Assembly: GCA_002269645.1 (NCBI GenBank)
Contig: NIVC01000032.1
Coordinates: 558,001 to 622,000 of the forward strand
Origin: Macrostomum lignano
Taxonomy: Eukaryota
DNA length: 64,000 nt
Reading direction: 5' to 3'
Positions 49,901 to 60,207 of the stretch are shown here, one piece after another (the first letter of the stretch is position 1; each line of letters starts with the position of its first letter). The notes below the pieces were generated by a model that was not told the DNA's origin, ran no database searches, and saw nothing but the letters and a program-made list of their open reading frames with translations. Made by a program: the position numbers and the translations under genes.

Positions 49901-52500
49901 CACAACGCCCACGCTGAGTATCCACAAGTTGAAGAGCTCGCTGAGCCGGTCCAGATCGCTGGCTTCGGCCCGGTGTCGCCTTCTGGCCGCGGATTCCATC
50001 GCCGACAGGCGAATGTGCTCAGGCGCATGCTCCTCCAGGCTGGCGAGATGCTCCGGCAAGATGAAATCGTAAAGCAGGTGAAACTTGATCAGCCTGCGGA
50101 AGGGTAGGTCCAAATCGATGCACATTCTGCCCAGCTTGTCTTCGATGCCGTGCAGTTTGGTGCGCAGGTCGTACACGATGCGGTCCGTGCGGCGTTTCCG
50201 GTACAGCAGGCAGCCTTCGAGTTTCGCTGACTGGCAGCGGCCGCCAACGCGTACAGCGTCCTCGGCCTGGACGAAACCGAGGATGCCTTCGAGGAACTGG
50301 TCGAGAGCGTGATTGGTGTAGCACACCAGCAGGATGGGACCGAAGTTGGGCCGACGGCTCTGGATGTTGTGCACCAGCATTTGGGCGATTCGAAGGCCCA
50401 GATGGGTTTTGCCTGTTAAAAAATAATTTGTGATAGAGATTGAAAGATACTGTGGAAAATTAAGAACAGCTATTGAACGCCTCACCTGTTCCAGGTGGCC
50501 CCTGAATAATAGCCAGCTCGTTTCTCAGGGCGGTCTTCAGCGCCGCGTACTGGCTGTCGTCTAGTTGAATAGACTCCATAGTTGGCCACTCCTGATCCTC
50601 CTGGATGTGGACCTTGCCGAGATTTTCGTGATGATGGGCTGTTTCCGGCATTATTGGCCGGAAGTCGTAGGTTATTGTGGCGTTGAACTGGAGGTACTGT
50701 GGCGGGCGAACCTAGAGATTTGTGATTATTTTAAATTGCTTGTAAATATGAAAGTTTTCTAATTTGCCGCTTTGTGCCCCAAAGAAAGCTTCCTTATCAA
50801 GATTCGTTATCCAGAGCTTCCTTATCCAGAACTTCCTTCTCCAGAGCTTCCTTATCCAGAGCTTCCTTATCTAGAGCTTCCTTATCTAGAGCTTCCTTAT
50901 CCAGAGCTTCATTATCAAGCTTCTTTATCAAGTTTCCTTATCCAGCTTCCTCACCAAGCTATCATTCATGTCGACAAAAGCATTTCAAAGTACACAATAC
51001 CTTCGTCTGGCATTCGACCAGATATCGCGAAAACGGCACCCGCGCAGGATCCATGTCCTTGAGCGTCTCCAGCACATGCCTGTAACTCTCAAAGAACGCT
51101 GTGGTCTCAATCATGACAAACTTATTAGAAAATGCCAGCCACTCGTCCGGCTGGTTGACCCACAGCACTTTCAGGATGCCCTCATGCTCAAACTGCGCCG
51201 ATCTGCGATCTTGCACGGTGGCAAAGTACAGCGTCTGGAAGGAGTCGCAGGACAGGCAGACAAGCGAGCCGTAAATCAGCCGTTTGGAGACGCTCCAGTT
51301 TGTTCTACGGAAGTTCGGCGACTCGGTGTCCAGCTGAACCGCGTAGCTGATGCCATCGTTAGAGCAGTAGAAAACGTTGCGCACCTTGACATTGTTGTAG
51401 ACGCGGATGTCTGCGATGCGCCTGCGGCCAACGGGGTCCTTGCGCAGTTCGGCAAGACCGCGACGCAACGGCTCAACCAAGTCTTCGCGCATGAGGCGAA
51501 ACTGAGTGTCCAGGTAGACCTCAGCAGACGGGTAGCTGCCCTTGACTCGATTCGCTTGCAAGAACACGTTTTTAAAGTCCGCAGCCAGATCCTCGCGAGT
51601 GGGAATAATTGTTAGTTCGCGAAAATCCTGCGGCGGCTGTTGGAATCGTTCGGCTCTTGCGGCTGCTTCCAACGCGTCCGGTGGCAGCTGCATCGACAGC
51701 TGCTTGGCCGTCATCTCTTCAAGCTTATCGGATAAATCGTCCAGCTTCTCGTCGATGAAGCTCGGACAGGTAACTAAGCTTCGCATCGCTTTCAGGTTAG
51801 CCCTGACAACCAGAATCGGCGCTTGCAGTCGATTGTAAGCCTCTTGGGGAGTCGTCTCAAAGCAGGCGTCCTGAATTTGGAGCACAAATTCAACAGTTTG
51901 CCATTCCTGCTCGTTTCGGCTTAACAGCGGGAGTAGCTGAGGCAGGTAGATTCTCAGACTGTCGTCAAATAGTTTGCTGTGCATGAGCTGAGTGAGCAGT
52001 TTGATTTTTAGCTGAGGAGAGAAGTCCTCTTCAACAGCCTTGGCTGACAGCTGCGCAACTGTGGCAAACAGCTGAGGTGATTTGATTTCACTGCCGATCA
52101 GATTTTCGAAACCGCTGCGCTCGTCCACCAGCCGCATGAGCAGCTCGTTTGACTTCAACTTGCCCCTGTCAACGTCCAGTTCGAGTTGTTGCAGTTCGCT
52201 TTCTCGCATCACTCGGCCCCTGTTGGAGAAGTGCTGGCCGCCGCGGCCGCTGCTGCTGATGCTGACGCCACCGGATGCGCCTCTTCCTCCGCCGCCTCGA
52301 GTTCGGCTGCCTGAAGCTCCCATCGGTGCACGGAAGTTTCCGCCAATATAGTCGCCTTCTGGACGGTCGTGGCGACTCATTGCTCCTCCGCCACGACCGC
52401 CTCTGCCGCCGCCACCTCCACGGCTCCCCCCTGCTCCGCCTCTGCCTCTGCCACCTCGTCCGCCGTCACCGCCGCCTCGGTTTTGGCGTCGGTCCGACAT
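37964..52500 (-). CDS. ZNFX1: ZNFX1 ortholog (UPF1-like SF1 helicase, NF-X1 zinc fingers, RZ finger), 10 exons, 1951 aa
   Basis: Exons 52500-51001, 50711-50486, 50412-48674, 43790-43272, 42854-42588, 42201-41984, 41518-41275, 39654-39332, 38943-38607, 38446-37964 (5856 nt, phases consistent). Motifs: SKRLIYGSLVCLS, QGPPGTGKT, CYTNHALDQFLE, MTTTGAAR, VEEAAEV, IGDHKQLKP, QHRMRPEI, DNYQ|GEEND, VALSRAK, CGH..C repeats, GHWFKCPRGHVYAIGDCGGA...CPECGATIGG. Confidence 0.93.
39040..39282. repeat. 15-bp-based repeat (gacaccggacactaa) in ZNFX1 intron 8
   Basis: Direct reading. Confidence 0.88.
39785..40232. mobile_element. hAT-type MITE containing a CT-rich low-complexity core (ZNFX1 intron 7)
   Basis: TIRs caggggtcgg (15/18 match); 8-bp TSD ttctatgg / ttctaggg (7/8), resembling the nTCTAGn target of Charlie-type hATs. 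Confidence 0.75.
41630..41910. repeat. Degenerate repeat of about 55-65 bp (cacaccctgctctctc...catcgatcgataactaac) x about 5 in ZNFX1 intron 6
   Basis: Direct reading. Confidence 0.75.
42265..42490. repeat. 37-bp repeat (attggcccaccgccccaacccccattatcgatctgtt) x about 6 in ZNFX1 intron 5
   Basis: Direct reading. Confidence 0.9.
42944..43160 (+). mobile_element. CORE-SINE-like element, copy 2 (5'-truncated; antisense in ZNFX1 intron 4)
   Basis: gtgtccttgagcaagacac...cagttcacccagctgtaaaatggg resembles the MIR CORE domain; colinear with 19677-19912. Confidence 0.65.
43870..44403. repeat. 30-bp minisatellite (gttgactagacactgaaatctaccgatt..) left of the P element in ZNFX1 intron 3
   Basis: Direct reading. 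Confidence 0.92.
44404..48402 (+). mobile_element. Full-length P-superfamily (THAP9-like) DNA transposon, 3999 bp
   Basis: 35-bp TIRs with one mismatch (cagggac[t/c]tcttaagctagcaccgggacacgcaag); a second perfect 23-bp inverted block (ccctgcaagatgaggccggtttt); 7-bp TSD ctcaaac at 44397-44403 and 48403-48409. Confidence 0.93.
44694..47771 (+). pseudogene. THAP-domain P-type transposase, 2 exons, one 1-nt frameshift near 46337 (945 aa if repaired)
   Basis: THAP C2CH (CSAVGC...RICSLHF...DAVP); catalytic-type motifs MVDEIYI, SLDNAAVN, FDPVHNLKN, LQSDSIERRFG. Exon 1 is 44694-46606 (1913 nt, one short of a multiple of 3; adding one C gives SPRSIEKSSAKLAAAVF). Intron 46607-46847 is GT-AG; exon 2 is 46848-47771. 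The frameshift could be a consensus error. Confidence 0.85.
48403..48670. repeat. 20-bp minisatellite (gatagacactcaaatctacc) right of the P element
   Basis: Related to the 30-bp array on the left (shared agacact.aaatctaccg core). Confidence 0.9.
50805..50950. repeat. 15-bp repeat (cttccttatccagag) in ZNFX1 intron 1
   Basis: Direct reading. Confidence 0.88.
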
Positions 52501-52569
52501 AATTGCAGCAGTTACCTGAAGTGTGTCAGCGACCAGTGTTTCTGCTTAGTGTACACATGCAGCTTAAAT

Positions 52570-53045
52570 TTAGTGATGCTTAGTGATTCTTAGTGATGCT
52601 TAGTGATGCTTAGTGATGCTTAATGATGCTTAGTGATGCTTACTGATGCTTACTGGTGCTTACTGGTGCTTACTAGTGCTTAATGATGCTTAATGATGCT
52701 TACTGATGCTTACTGGTGCTTACTGATGCTTACTGATGCTTACTGATGCTTACTGGTGCTTACTGATGCTTACTGATGCTTACTGATGTTTACTGGTGCT
52801 TACTGGTGCTTACTCATGCTTACTCATGCTTACTGGTGCTTACTGATGCTTACTGATGCTTACTGATGTTTACTGGTGCTTACTGGTGCTTACTCATGCT
52901 TACTCATGCTTACTGATGCTTACTGATGCTTACTGATGCTTACTGATGCTTACTGATGTTTACTGGTGCTTACTGGTGCTTACTCATGCTTACTTATGCT
53001 TACTTATGCTTACTGAATTTCAGTGGTGCTTACTGGTGCTTACTT
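52570..53045. repeat. 10-bp minisatellite (tactgatgct and variants) x about 47 upstream of the ZNFX1 ATG
   Basis: Direct reading; reads ...cagtaagcatcagtaagc... on the ZNFX1 sense strand. Confidence 0.92.
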
Positions 53046-53749
53046 AGCGATGCTAAAGGAAGCTTCTCCTAGTGTTGCAACAGTATGAAATTATAATTGT
53101 TGTCAGGATCAAAGACTACTAACTTTATCTTCTAGTGCTCCCTGGTTAGGATTTATTCCAAGTCAAGGATCTCAGTAATTATATGGCACAAAAAATCAGC
53201 TATACATACTTGTACTTCTGCTAAACAAAAGTTAACTACCTACCTACCGTACCGTCCATATATACTTTCAATTAAATATTTTTTCAGGTTAGCGAATTAG
53301 AAACCTTTATTATAGTAAGTAAATCGATATTTTCCGTGCATGGGTGGGTATGGTAACAAGCTGTTACTTACTTTGCGTCAGCGATTATATATTCGATACG
53401 GTTGACTTAATGTAGTTTGTAGTTTGTGTTTGAGAAAGATTTCAGACTTACTACAAAGCGTTTATCAACAATCTATATTATATGCAGAGTATTATGGCCG
53501 AAGATTTCTTGGAAACGGCTCGTGAATTTACAGTGTTGTAAATACGGTACTAAGTGTACATAGGTAGGCTTAGTACGCAGAGATTGTACACTTATGCGAT
53601 CGACCCCCTGTCTGGTCGTAGCTGGGGTTTCTATTTTTAGCATCACTGTTTATAAGCGCCTGAGTCAAAGTGTACTTTACTACAGTAGAATTTTCGTTTT
53701 TCGTTTTCAACTGTCGGATACTACAAGGCAAAATTTGGAAAGTTTATAA

Positions 53750-55643
53750 GGGCGGGTCAGCTCTGGGAGCTGAAATAAGGGGTCAGATCTGGGAGCTCAA
53801 TAGGGGGCAAATCTGGGAGCTGAATAAGGAGTGGCAAATCCGGGAGCTCAAATGGGGGGGTCAGATCTGGGAGCTGAAATAGGGATGGGGTCATATCTGG
53901 GAGCTGAAATAGGGGGGTCAGATCTGGGAGCTGAAATAGGGGGGGGGTCAGATCTGGCCATCTGGGAGCTGAATCGGGGGGGTTAGATCCGGGAGATGAA
54001 GGGGGGTCAGATCTAGGAGATGAAGATGGGGTCAGATCTGGGAGCTGAAAAGGGGGGTCAAATCTGGGAGCTGAATAAGGGGGTCAGATCTGGGAGCTGA
54101 AATAGGGGGGTCAGATCTGGGAGCTGAAATAGGGGGGTCAGATCTGGGAGCTGAAATAGGGGGGGGGGTCAGATCTGGCCATCTGGGAGCTGAATCGGGG
54201 GGGGTTAGATCCGGGAGATGAAGAGGGTCAGATCTAGGAGATGAAAATGGGGTCAGATCTGGGAGCTGAAATAGGGGGGTCAGATCTGGGAGCTGAAATA
54301 GGGGGGGGTCAGATCTGGGAGCTGAAATAAGGGGGGGGTCAGATCTGGCCATCTGGGAGCTGAGTCGGGGGGCGGGGGTTAGATCTGGGAGCTGAAAAAG
54401 GGGGCTCAAATCTGGGAGCTAAATAAGGGGGGGTCAGATCTAGGAACTGAAATAGGGGGGTCAGATTGGGGAGCTGAACTAGGGGGGGGTCAGAGCTGGC
54501 CATCTGGGAGATGAATCGGGGGGGGTCAAATCTGGGAGCTGAATAAGGGGCAAATCTGGGAGCTGAAATAAGGGGGGGTCAGATCTGGCCATCTGGGAGC
54601 TGAATCGGGGGAGTCAGATCTGGGAGATGAATCAGTGAGGGTCAGATCTGGGAGCTGAAATGGGGGGGGGTCAAATCTGGGAGCTGAAATGGGGGGGGTA
54701 AAATCGTGGAGCTGAATAAGGAGTGGCAAATTCGGGAGCTGAAATGGGGGGGGTCAAATCTGGGAGCTGAAAAAGGGGGGTCAAATCTGGGAGCTGAAAA
54801 AGGGGGAGGGGTCAAATATGGGAGCTGAAATACGGGGGGTCAGATCTGGCCATCTGGGAGCTGAATCGGGGGGGGGTTAGATCCGGGAGATGAAGGGGGG
54901 TCAAATCTGGGAGCTGAATAAGGGGGGTCAGATCTGGGAGCTGAATAAGGGGGGTCAAATCTGGGAGCTGAATAAGGGGGGGGGGTCAGATCTGGGAGCT
55001 GAAATAGGGGGGTCAGATCTGGGAGCTGAATAAGGGGGGTCAGATCTGGGAGCTGAAATAGGGGGTCAAATCTGGGAGCTGAAATAGGGGGGGTCAGATC
55101 TGGGAGCTGAATAAGGGGGGTCAGATCTGGGAGCTGAAATAGGGGGGGGGTCAGATCTGGCCATCTGGGAGCTGAGTCGGGGGGGGGGGCGGAGGTTAGA
55201 TCTGGGAGCTTAATCGGGGGGAGGTCAGATCTGGGAGCTGAAAAAGGGGGCTCAAATCTGGGAGCTAAATAAGGGGGGGGTCAGAGCTGGCCATCTGGGA
55301 GATGAATCGGGGGGGTCAAATCTGGGAGCTGAATAAGCGGGGGGGTTAGATCTGGCCATCTGGGAGCTGAATCGGGGGGGGGGGGTTAGCTCTGGGAGAT
55401 GAATCAGTGAGGGTCAGATCTGGGAGCTGAAATGGGGGGGTCAAATCTGGGAGCTGAAAAAGGGGGGTCAAATCTGGGAGCTGAAAAAGGGGGAGGGGTC
55501 AAATCTGGGAGCTGAAATGGGGGGGGGGTAAAATCGTGGAGCTGAATAAGGAGTGGCAAATTCGGGAGCTGAAATGGGGGGGGTCAAATCTGGGAGCTGA
55601 AAAAGGGGGGTCAAATCTGGGAGCTGAAAAAAGGGGAATGGTC
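53750..55643. repeat. G-rich minisatellite of about 28-35 bp (gggggtcagatctgggagctgaaata) with higher-order duplication, left part
   Basis: Direct reading; the marker block gagtggcaaattcgggagctg recurs near 54721, 55551, 60797 and 61381. Confidence 0.93.
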
Positions 55644-55919
55644 TGTGAATTGGCTGTCTTATACCGATTTGAACTATACTGCTTTGTGCGTTTGGCTGCT
55701 CAAATTTAGCTTACCACTATAGACCCTCCCCCTCCACTGAACTGATCGATTTCTGTTTATACGTACAGTACTTCTTCGTAATGTACATCGTTCGTCCTAA
55801 CTACATGTACTCAGTTCTATAATACAATATAAAGGACCAACGCGTCAGTTAAGAAACGCTGTTTACAACTTGCGGCTCAAGCCAATTCAATCGCTTCGTC
55901 TCAATCTCAATTCATCACA
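55644..55919 (+). repeat. 5' LTR
   Basis: tgtgaattgg...ttcatcaca; matches 60208-60483. Confidence 0.95.
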
Positions 55920-58900
55920 ATGGCGACGAGGACTTTTGGCCAAATTCCAGAACTTTCAGCTGAATCAGACCTTGAAATCTACGCTGAGCGCATGAACCAA
56001 TATTTCATATGCAACAAAGTTGAGACTGCCGAGGCCAAGCGTGCTATCTTTCTTACTGCCATTGGTGAGAAGTACTACAAATTGCTTCGCGACTTGTGTC
56101 AGCCACAGAAACTGACTGAAAAATCCTACGAAGATCTGCAGGACATACTAAAGAAGCATTGCTCGCCCGAACCTTCGGAGATCGCCGCACGTTTCAAATT
56201 TCAGCAACGTCTTCAGCAAGATGGTGAATCTTTCGCTAACTTCTTGGCAGGGCTGAAAAACGCTGCAAACCATTGCAAGTTTGGCGAGTCCCTTCAGGAG
56301 CGACTTCGAGATCAGTTTTTGTTCGGAATGAGAAGCGACAATTTCCGCTCTAAGCTACTCGAGAGTTCGGATCATTCGTACGCTGGGCTGATCAAACTGG
56401 CCTTGGACCTCGAAGCTGCTCACAAATCTTCAAGCGAGATGGCGCACACTTCAGCAACCAATCGAGTCAGCGCGAATCCATCAGTGGCACGCCCGAGAGC
56501 ACAGTACAACATCAGCCAACACTCTGGTCCCGCTGGATCAGCATCCAAGCCAGGCACCTGCGACAGCTGTGGAGGTCCACATTCGCGTCAGAACTGTAAA
56601 TTCCGTAACTCGAAATGCCATGCTTGCGGGAAGGTTGGCCACATTAAGAAGGTTTGCAGGTCAGCAAAATCTGTGAAACTCCTGGAGGAGAATGAAACCG
56701 GGTCTCAGTACGACGAAGAAAACTACGAGGAAGAGCCAATACTTCATGTCTCAATGACTTCCAAGTCCCCGATTCTGGTGCCTCTGCAAATCGAGGAAGT
56801 GCAATCTCATTTTGAGCTGGACACAGGATCTGCTGTAAGTCTCGTTCCCAAAGCATTCTATGATAGCCATCTGTCTCATCTGCGACTGCATCCGTCCAAG
56901 ACGACTCTGCGAACCTACACGGACCAGGAGTTCTCTCCGATCGGAGAAGTAACAGTGAAGGTCACTTACGAAGGGCAGGAAGCTTCTCTGCCGCTACTCG
57001 TGGTGTCTGAAGGCAGCGCTCGACTCCTGGGACGCAACTGGCTAACCGTCATCCGCCTAGATTGGCCTCGCTTGACAGCACCCGTCAACTCGTTGATCGC
57101 AGCACCTAACGATATGGCTACTGAGCTGGTCCGTCAGTTTCCGGATGTCTTCGCCGAGGGTCTCGGTAAGTATCGCCTCAGTGAAGTCGACCTTCATTTA
57201 CAAGAAAATGCTACGCCAAGGTTTTACAAGGCGCGACCGATTCCCTATGCTCTGCGTGAGACCGTCGATTTAGAGCTTCAGCGCATGGAATCAGAAGGGG
57301 TCATCACTCCAATAGCGACTTCTCAATGGGCTGCCCCGATTGTGCCAGTAGTAAAGAAGGACGGGTCTGTACGAATCTGCGGAGATTACAAGTGCACATT
57401 CAACCAGGTCGCAAAGCAAGAGCACTACCCGCTGCCGAGAATCGAAGATTTATTTGCGAGACTGGGTGGCGGCCACAAATGGAGCAAACTCGACCTGGCA
57501 AAGGCATTTCTGCAGCTCCCAATATCAGAAGACAGCAAACAGTACCTCGTTATCAACACTCAACGTGGACTGTTCAAGGTGAACCGCCTGCCATTCGGAA
57601 TCTGCTCGGCCAGTGCAATTTTTCAACGCATCCTTGACAGTCTGCTCGGGCATCTCAACGGCGTCCAGGTTTATCAGGACGACATCCTGGTTACCGGGTC
57701 TTCACTGGCGGCTCACAAAGAAAATCTGCTGCAAGTCCTGCACAAGCTTCAAGAGGCCGGACTGCGTCTCAACGTCGCCAAGTGTGCTTTCTTCCAAGAC
57801 TCCATCGACTATCTGGGCCACCGAATTGACCAACACGGGCTGCGGCCGCTCGAGAGCAAGGTCGACGCCGTTCAGAACGCGCCGGCTCCGAAAGACGTAT
57901 CTCAGCTGCGATCCTATCTGGGAATGCTGACGCATTACGCCAAGTTTCTTCCCAATTTGGCATCAGTCGTGGCGCCGCTTAATCAGCTCTTGTCGAAGGG
58001 CGTCAGCTGGCTTTGGAGCGACCGCGAGAACGAAGCCTTCCAAGCATCGAAGCGAATGCTGCTCGAATCAAAAGCTCTGATGCACTTTGACCCAAATCTG
58101 CCGATTCGTCTCGAGTGCGACGCTTCCGCGTATGGCATTGGCGTGGTTCTCAGTCACCGGGTGGGCGGTCAGGATCACGCGATCGCATTTGCTAGCAAGT
58201 CGCTGACTTCAGCCCAGCGAAACTATTCTCAGCTAGATAAGGAGGCACTAGCCATAATCTACGGTGTCCAACGCTTCCACCAATTCCTCTATGGGCGGCA
58301 CTTTACGATTGTCACTGACCATCAGCCTCTGCTGGGATTGCTGGGCCCAGACAAAGAGATTCCGACACGTGCGGCTGCCAGGATGCAGCGATGGGCCATC
58401 CGTCTATCTGGATACCGGTACGCCATGGAGTTCAGGCCCACCCAGAAGCACAGCAATTGCGACTCTCTTTCTCGATTGCCTCTAAAAGGAAACTTTATTG
58501 AAGAAGAGGCGGTGCACTCGCTCACGCTCGAGGAGGACTCTTCCATTGCTGTGACTGCGACTTTGGTCGCCAAAGCAACTCTGGCTGACCCTATACTGTC
58601 CAAGCTGCTTCGCTTTCTGCAATCCGGAGAGCGACTATCCGGCAAAGAATTTCCAGAGTTCGCTCATCAGCAAAACGAGATGACCATCGAAGCCGGCTGC
58701 TTACTCTGGGGGACTCGCGTTATAATCCCGGAGGCCCTGCGCAAGGCCGTCCTACAGGAACTCCATTTGGCTCACACCGGTGCCAGTCGCATGAAAGCCC
58801 TGGCACGCAGTTTTGTTTGGTGGCCAGGGCTGGACAAGGACTTGGAGCAGTTGGCTAGAACATGCGAAACCTGCAAGGCTCACCAGTCTGATCCAGCCAA

Positions 58901-59897
58901 AGCTCCGGTGCATCCTTGGATATTTCCCAGCGAACCTTGGAGCAGAATTCACTTGGACTTTGCTGGTCCTGTTAATGGGCGAGTCTACCTGGTCATCATG
59001 GACGCTCACAGCAAATGGCCCGAGGTTCGTCTAGTCAAGGATACTTCAGCAGACAGCACCATCGCACATCTCTGTGAAATCTTCAGCCGTCTGGGCCTAC
59101 CAAGAATTATTGTCTCCGACAACGGGCCTCAATTCATTTCCAGGGAATTCGCAAGCTTTACACGCAGCAACGGCATTCGGCATGTCACGTCAGCGCCTTA
59201 CCATCCTGCTACGAACGGTCAAGCTGAAAGATTTGTACAAACACTGAAGCTGCACATCAGGAAATCCGGTCACTCCGCCGCTGCTTCGCAACGCTTTCTC
59301 TTCGCCTACAGGGTAACGCCGCATTCGACTACAGGCACCTCTCCCAGCGAACTGCTTCTGGGACGTCGGCTGCGCTCCAGACTGGACCTTCTGCGGCCAT
59401 CTCTAGTAGACCAAGTGCGCGATCGGCAAGAGGCTGCCGCTGAGTCCCAGCGCCGCACCCGGTTCTTCGGGATCGGCGACAATGTTCGAGTGAAAGGATT
59501 CGGCAAGGAATCCGGCTGGCTGCCTGGAGTGGTCGTCGCGGCGTCGCAACGGAACTACGATGTTCGAGTTGGCACCAGCATCGTCCGGCGGCACGTTGAC
59601 CAGATGCTGCCTGATTCGGCGCAGCCTCCGCCATCCGCCGCTGACTCTCAACACCTCAGCACCAGCATCTCGACTCCATCGTCGGCGCCTCCGGCTCTAG
59701 ATGTTCTGAGCCCCGCGGCTGTCTCCGAGCCCGCTATCCAGCCACCATCGGAGGAAAGAGCCGCGGTCCCCACAGGCCCGGCAGACAAGGCGGCAGCCGC
59801 GGACGCGGACGTACCTGACCAGTTGCCAGAGGGTGCGACCCGCCGATACCCGCCTCGAATTCGGTCATGTCCAGAGCGACTTCAAGTGGGGGTGTGA
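55920..59897 (+). CDS. Gag-Pol polyprotein, 1325 aa (2 Zn knuckles, protease, RT, RNase H, integrase)
   Basis: CDSCGGPHSRQNC, CHACGKVGHIKKVC; ELDTGSAVS; YQDDILV; ECDASAYGIG; HHCC, then IHLDFAGP / VSDNGPQF / NGQAERFV. Confidence 0.95.
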   Translation: MATRTFGQIPELSAESDLEIYAERMNQYFICNKVETAEAKRAIFLTAIGEKYYKLLRDLCQPQKLTEKSYEDLQDILKKHCSPEPSEIAARFKFQQRLQQDGESFANFLAGLKNAANHCKFGESLQERLRDQFLFGMRSDNFRSKLLESSDHSYAGLIKLALDLEAAHKSSSEMAHTSATNRVSANPSVARPRAQYNISQHSGPAGSASKPGTCDSCGGPHSRQNCKFRNSKCHACGKVGHIKKVCRSAKSVKLLEENETGSQYDEENYEEEPILHVSMTSKSPILVPLQIEEVQSHFELDTGSAVSLVPKAFYDSHLSHLRLHPSKTTLRTYTDQEFSPIGEVTVKVTYEGQEASLPLLVVSEGSARLLGRNWLTVIRLDWPRLTAPVNSLIAAPNDMATELVRQFPDVFAEGLGKYRLSEVDLHLQENATPRFYKARPIPYALRETVDLELQRMESEGVITPIATSQWAAPIVPVVKKDGSVRICGDYKCTFNQVAKQEHYPLPRIEDLFARLGGGHKWSKLDLAKAFLQLPISEDSKQYLVINTQRGLFKVNRLPFGICSASAIFQRILDSLLGHLNGVQVYQDDILVTGSSLAAHKENLLQVLHKLQEAGLRLNVAKCAFFQDSIDYLGHRIDQHGLRPLESKVDAVQNAPAPKDVSQLRSYLGMLTHYAKFLPNLASVVAPLNQLLSKGVSWLWSDRENEAFQASKRMLLESKALMHFDPNLPIRLECDASAYGIGVVLSHRVGGQDHAIAFASKSLTSAQRNYSQLDKEALAIIYGVQRFHQFLYGRHFTIVTDHQPLLGLLGPDKEIPTRAAARMQRWAIRLSGYRYAMEFRPTQKHSNCDSLSRLPLKGNFIEEEAVHSLTLEEDSSIAVTATLVAKATLADPILSKLLRFLQSGERLSGKEFPEFAHQQNEMTIEAGCLLWGTRVIIPEALRKAVLQELHLAHTGASRMKALARSFVWWPGLDKDLEQLARTCETCKAHQSDPAKAPVHPWIFPSEPWSRIHLDFAGPVNGRVYLVIMDAHSKWPEVRLVKDTSADSTIAHLCEIFSRLGLPRIIVSDNGPQFISREFASFTRSNGIRHVTSAPYHPATNGQAERFVQTLKLHIRKSGHSAAASQRFLFAYRVTPHSTTGTSPSELLLGRRLRSRLDLLRPSLVDQVRDRQEAAAESQRRTRFFGIGDNVRVKGFGKESGWLPGVVVAASQRNYDVRVGTSIVRRHVDQMLPDSAQPPPSAADSQHLSTSISTPSSAPPALDVLSPAAVSEPAIQPPSEERAAVPTGPADKAAAADADVPDQLPEGATRRYPPRIRSCPERLQVGV
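55921..55931 (+). promoter_or_regulatory. Primer-binding site tggcgacgagg, complementary to the 3' end of tRNA-Ser(GCU); overlaps the gag ATG
   Basis: Starts 1 nt after the LTR; the tRNA assignment is recalled from metazoan tRNA-Ser(GCU) ending CCUCGUCGCCA. Confidence 0.75.
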
Positions 59898-60207
59898 TGA
59901 GTGACTGCGGAAGCTGACAATGATCTTGAACTGACTTTTCGCAAATTCTCCTGTCTTTCATGCAACCCATTATTACGTATGTTTCTCCAATACAAATTAT
60001 TGATTCACTACTAATTCTAGTTTTCGACAATGCAATATTTCGCTATTTTGTTCGACACAATTTTATTTCCTTACTTTTCATCGGCTCTGCAATTGTGTTT
60101 GCTAATTCAATTGTTTTCCAATACTACAATACTACATGTACGCTATCGTCGATTCGCTTTTCGTAAAAATTCATCTCATTGATCCCACTTCCCCTTAGGG
60201 AGGGAAG

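Noticed and set aside
48630-52593. Numerous plus-strand and alternate-frame ORFs overlapping ZNFX1 exons
   Set aside because: Antisense or alternate-frame shadows of GC-rich exons with no recognisable motifs.
56644-60166. Extra ORFs (env-like or antisense) in the intact Gypsy element
   Set aside because: Short alternate-frame ORFs typical of GC-rich coding DNA; the 3' UTR of about 300 bp is too short and AT-rich for env.
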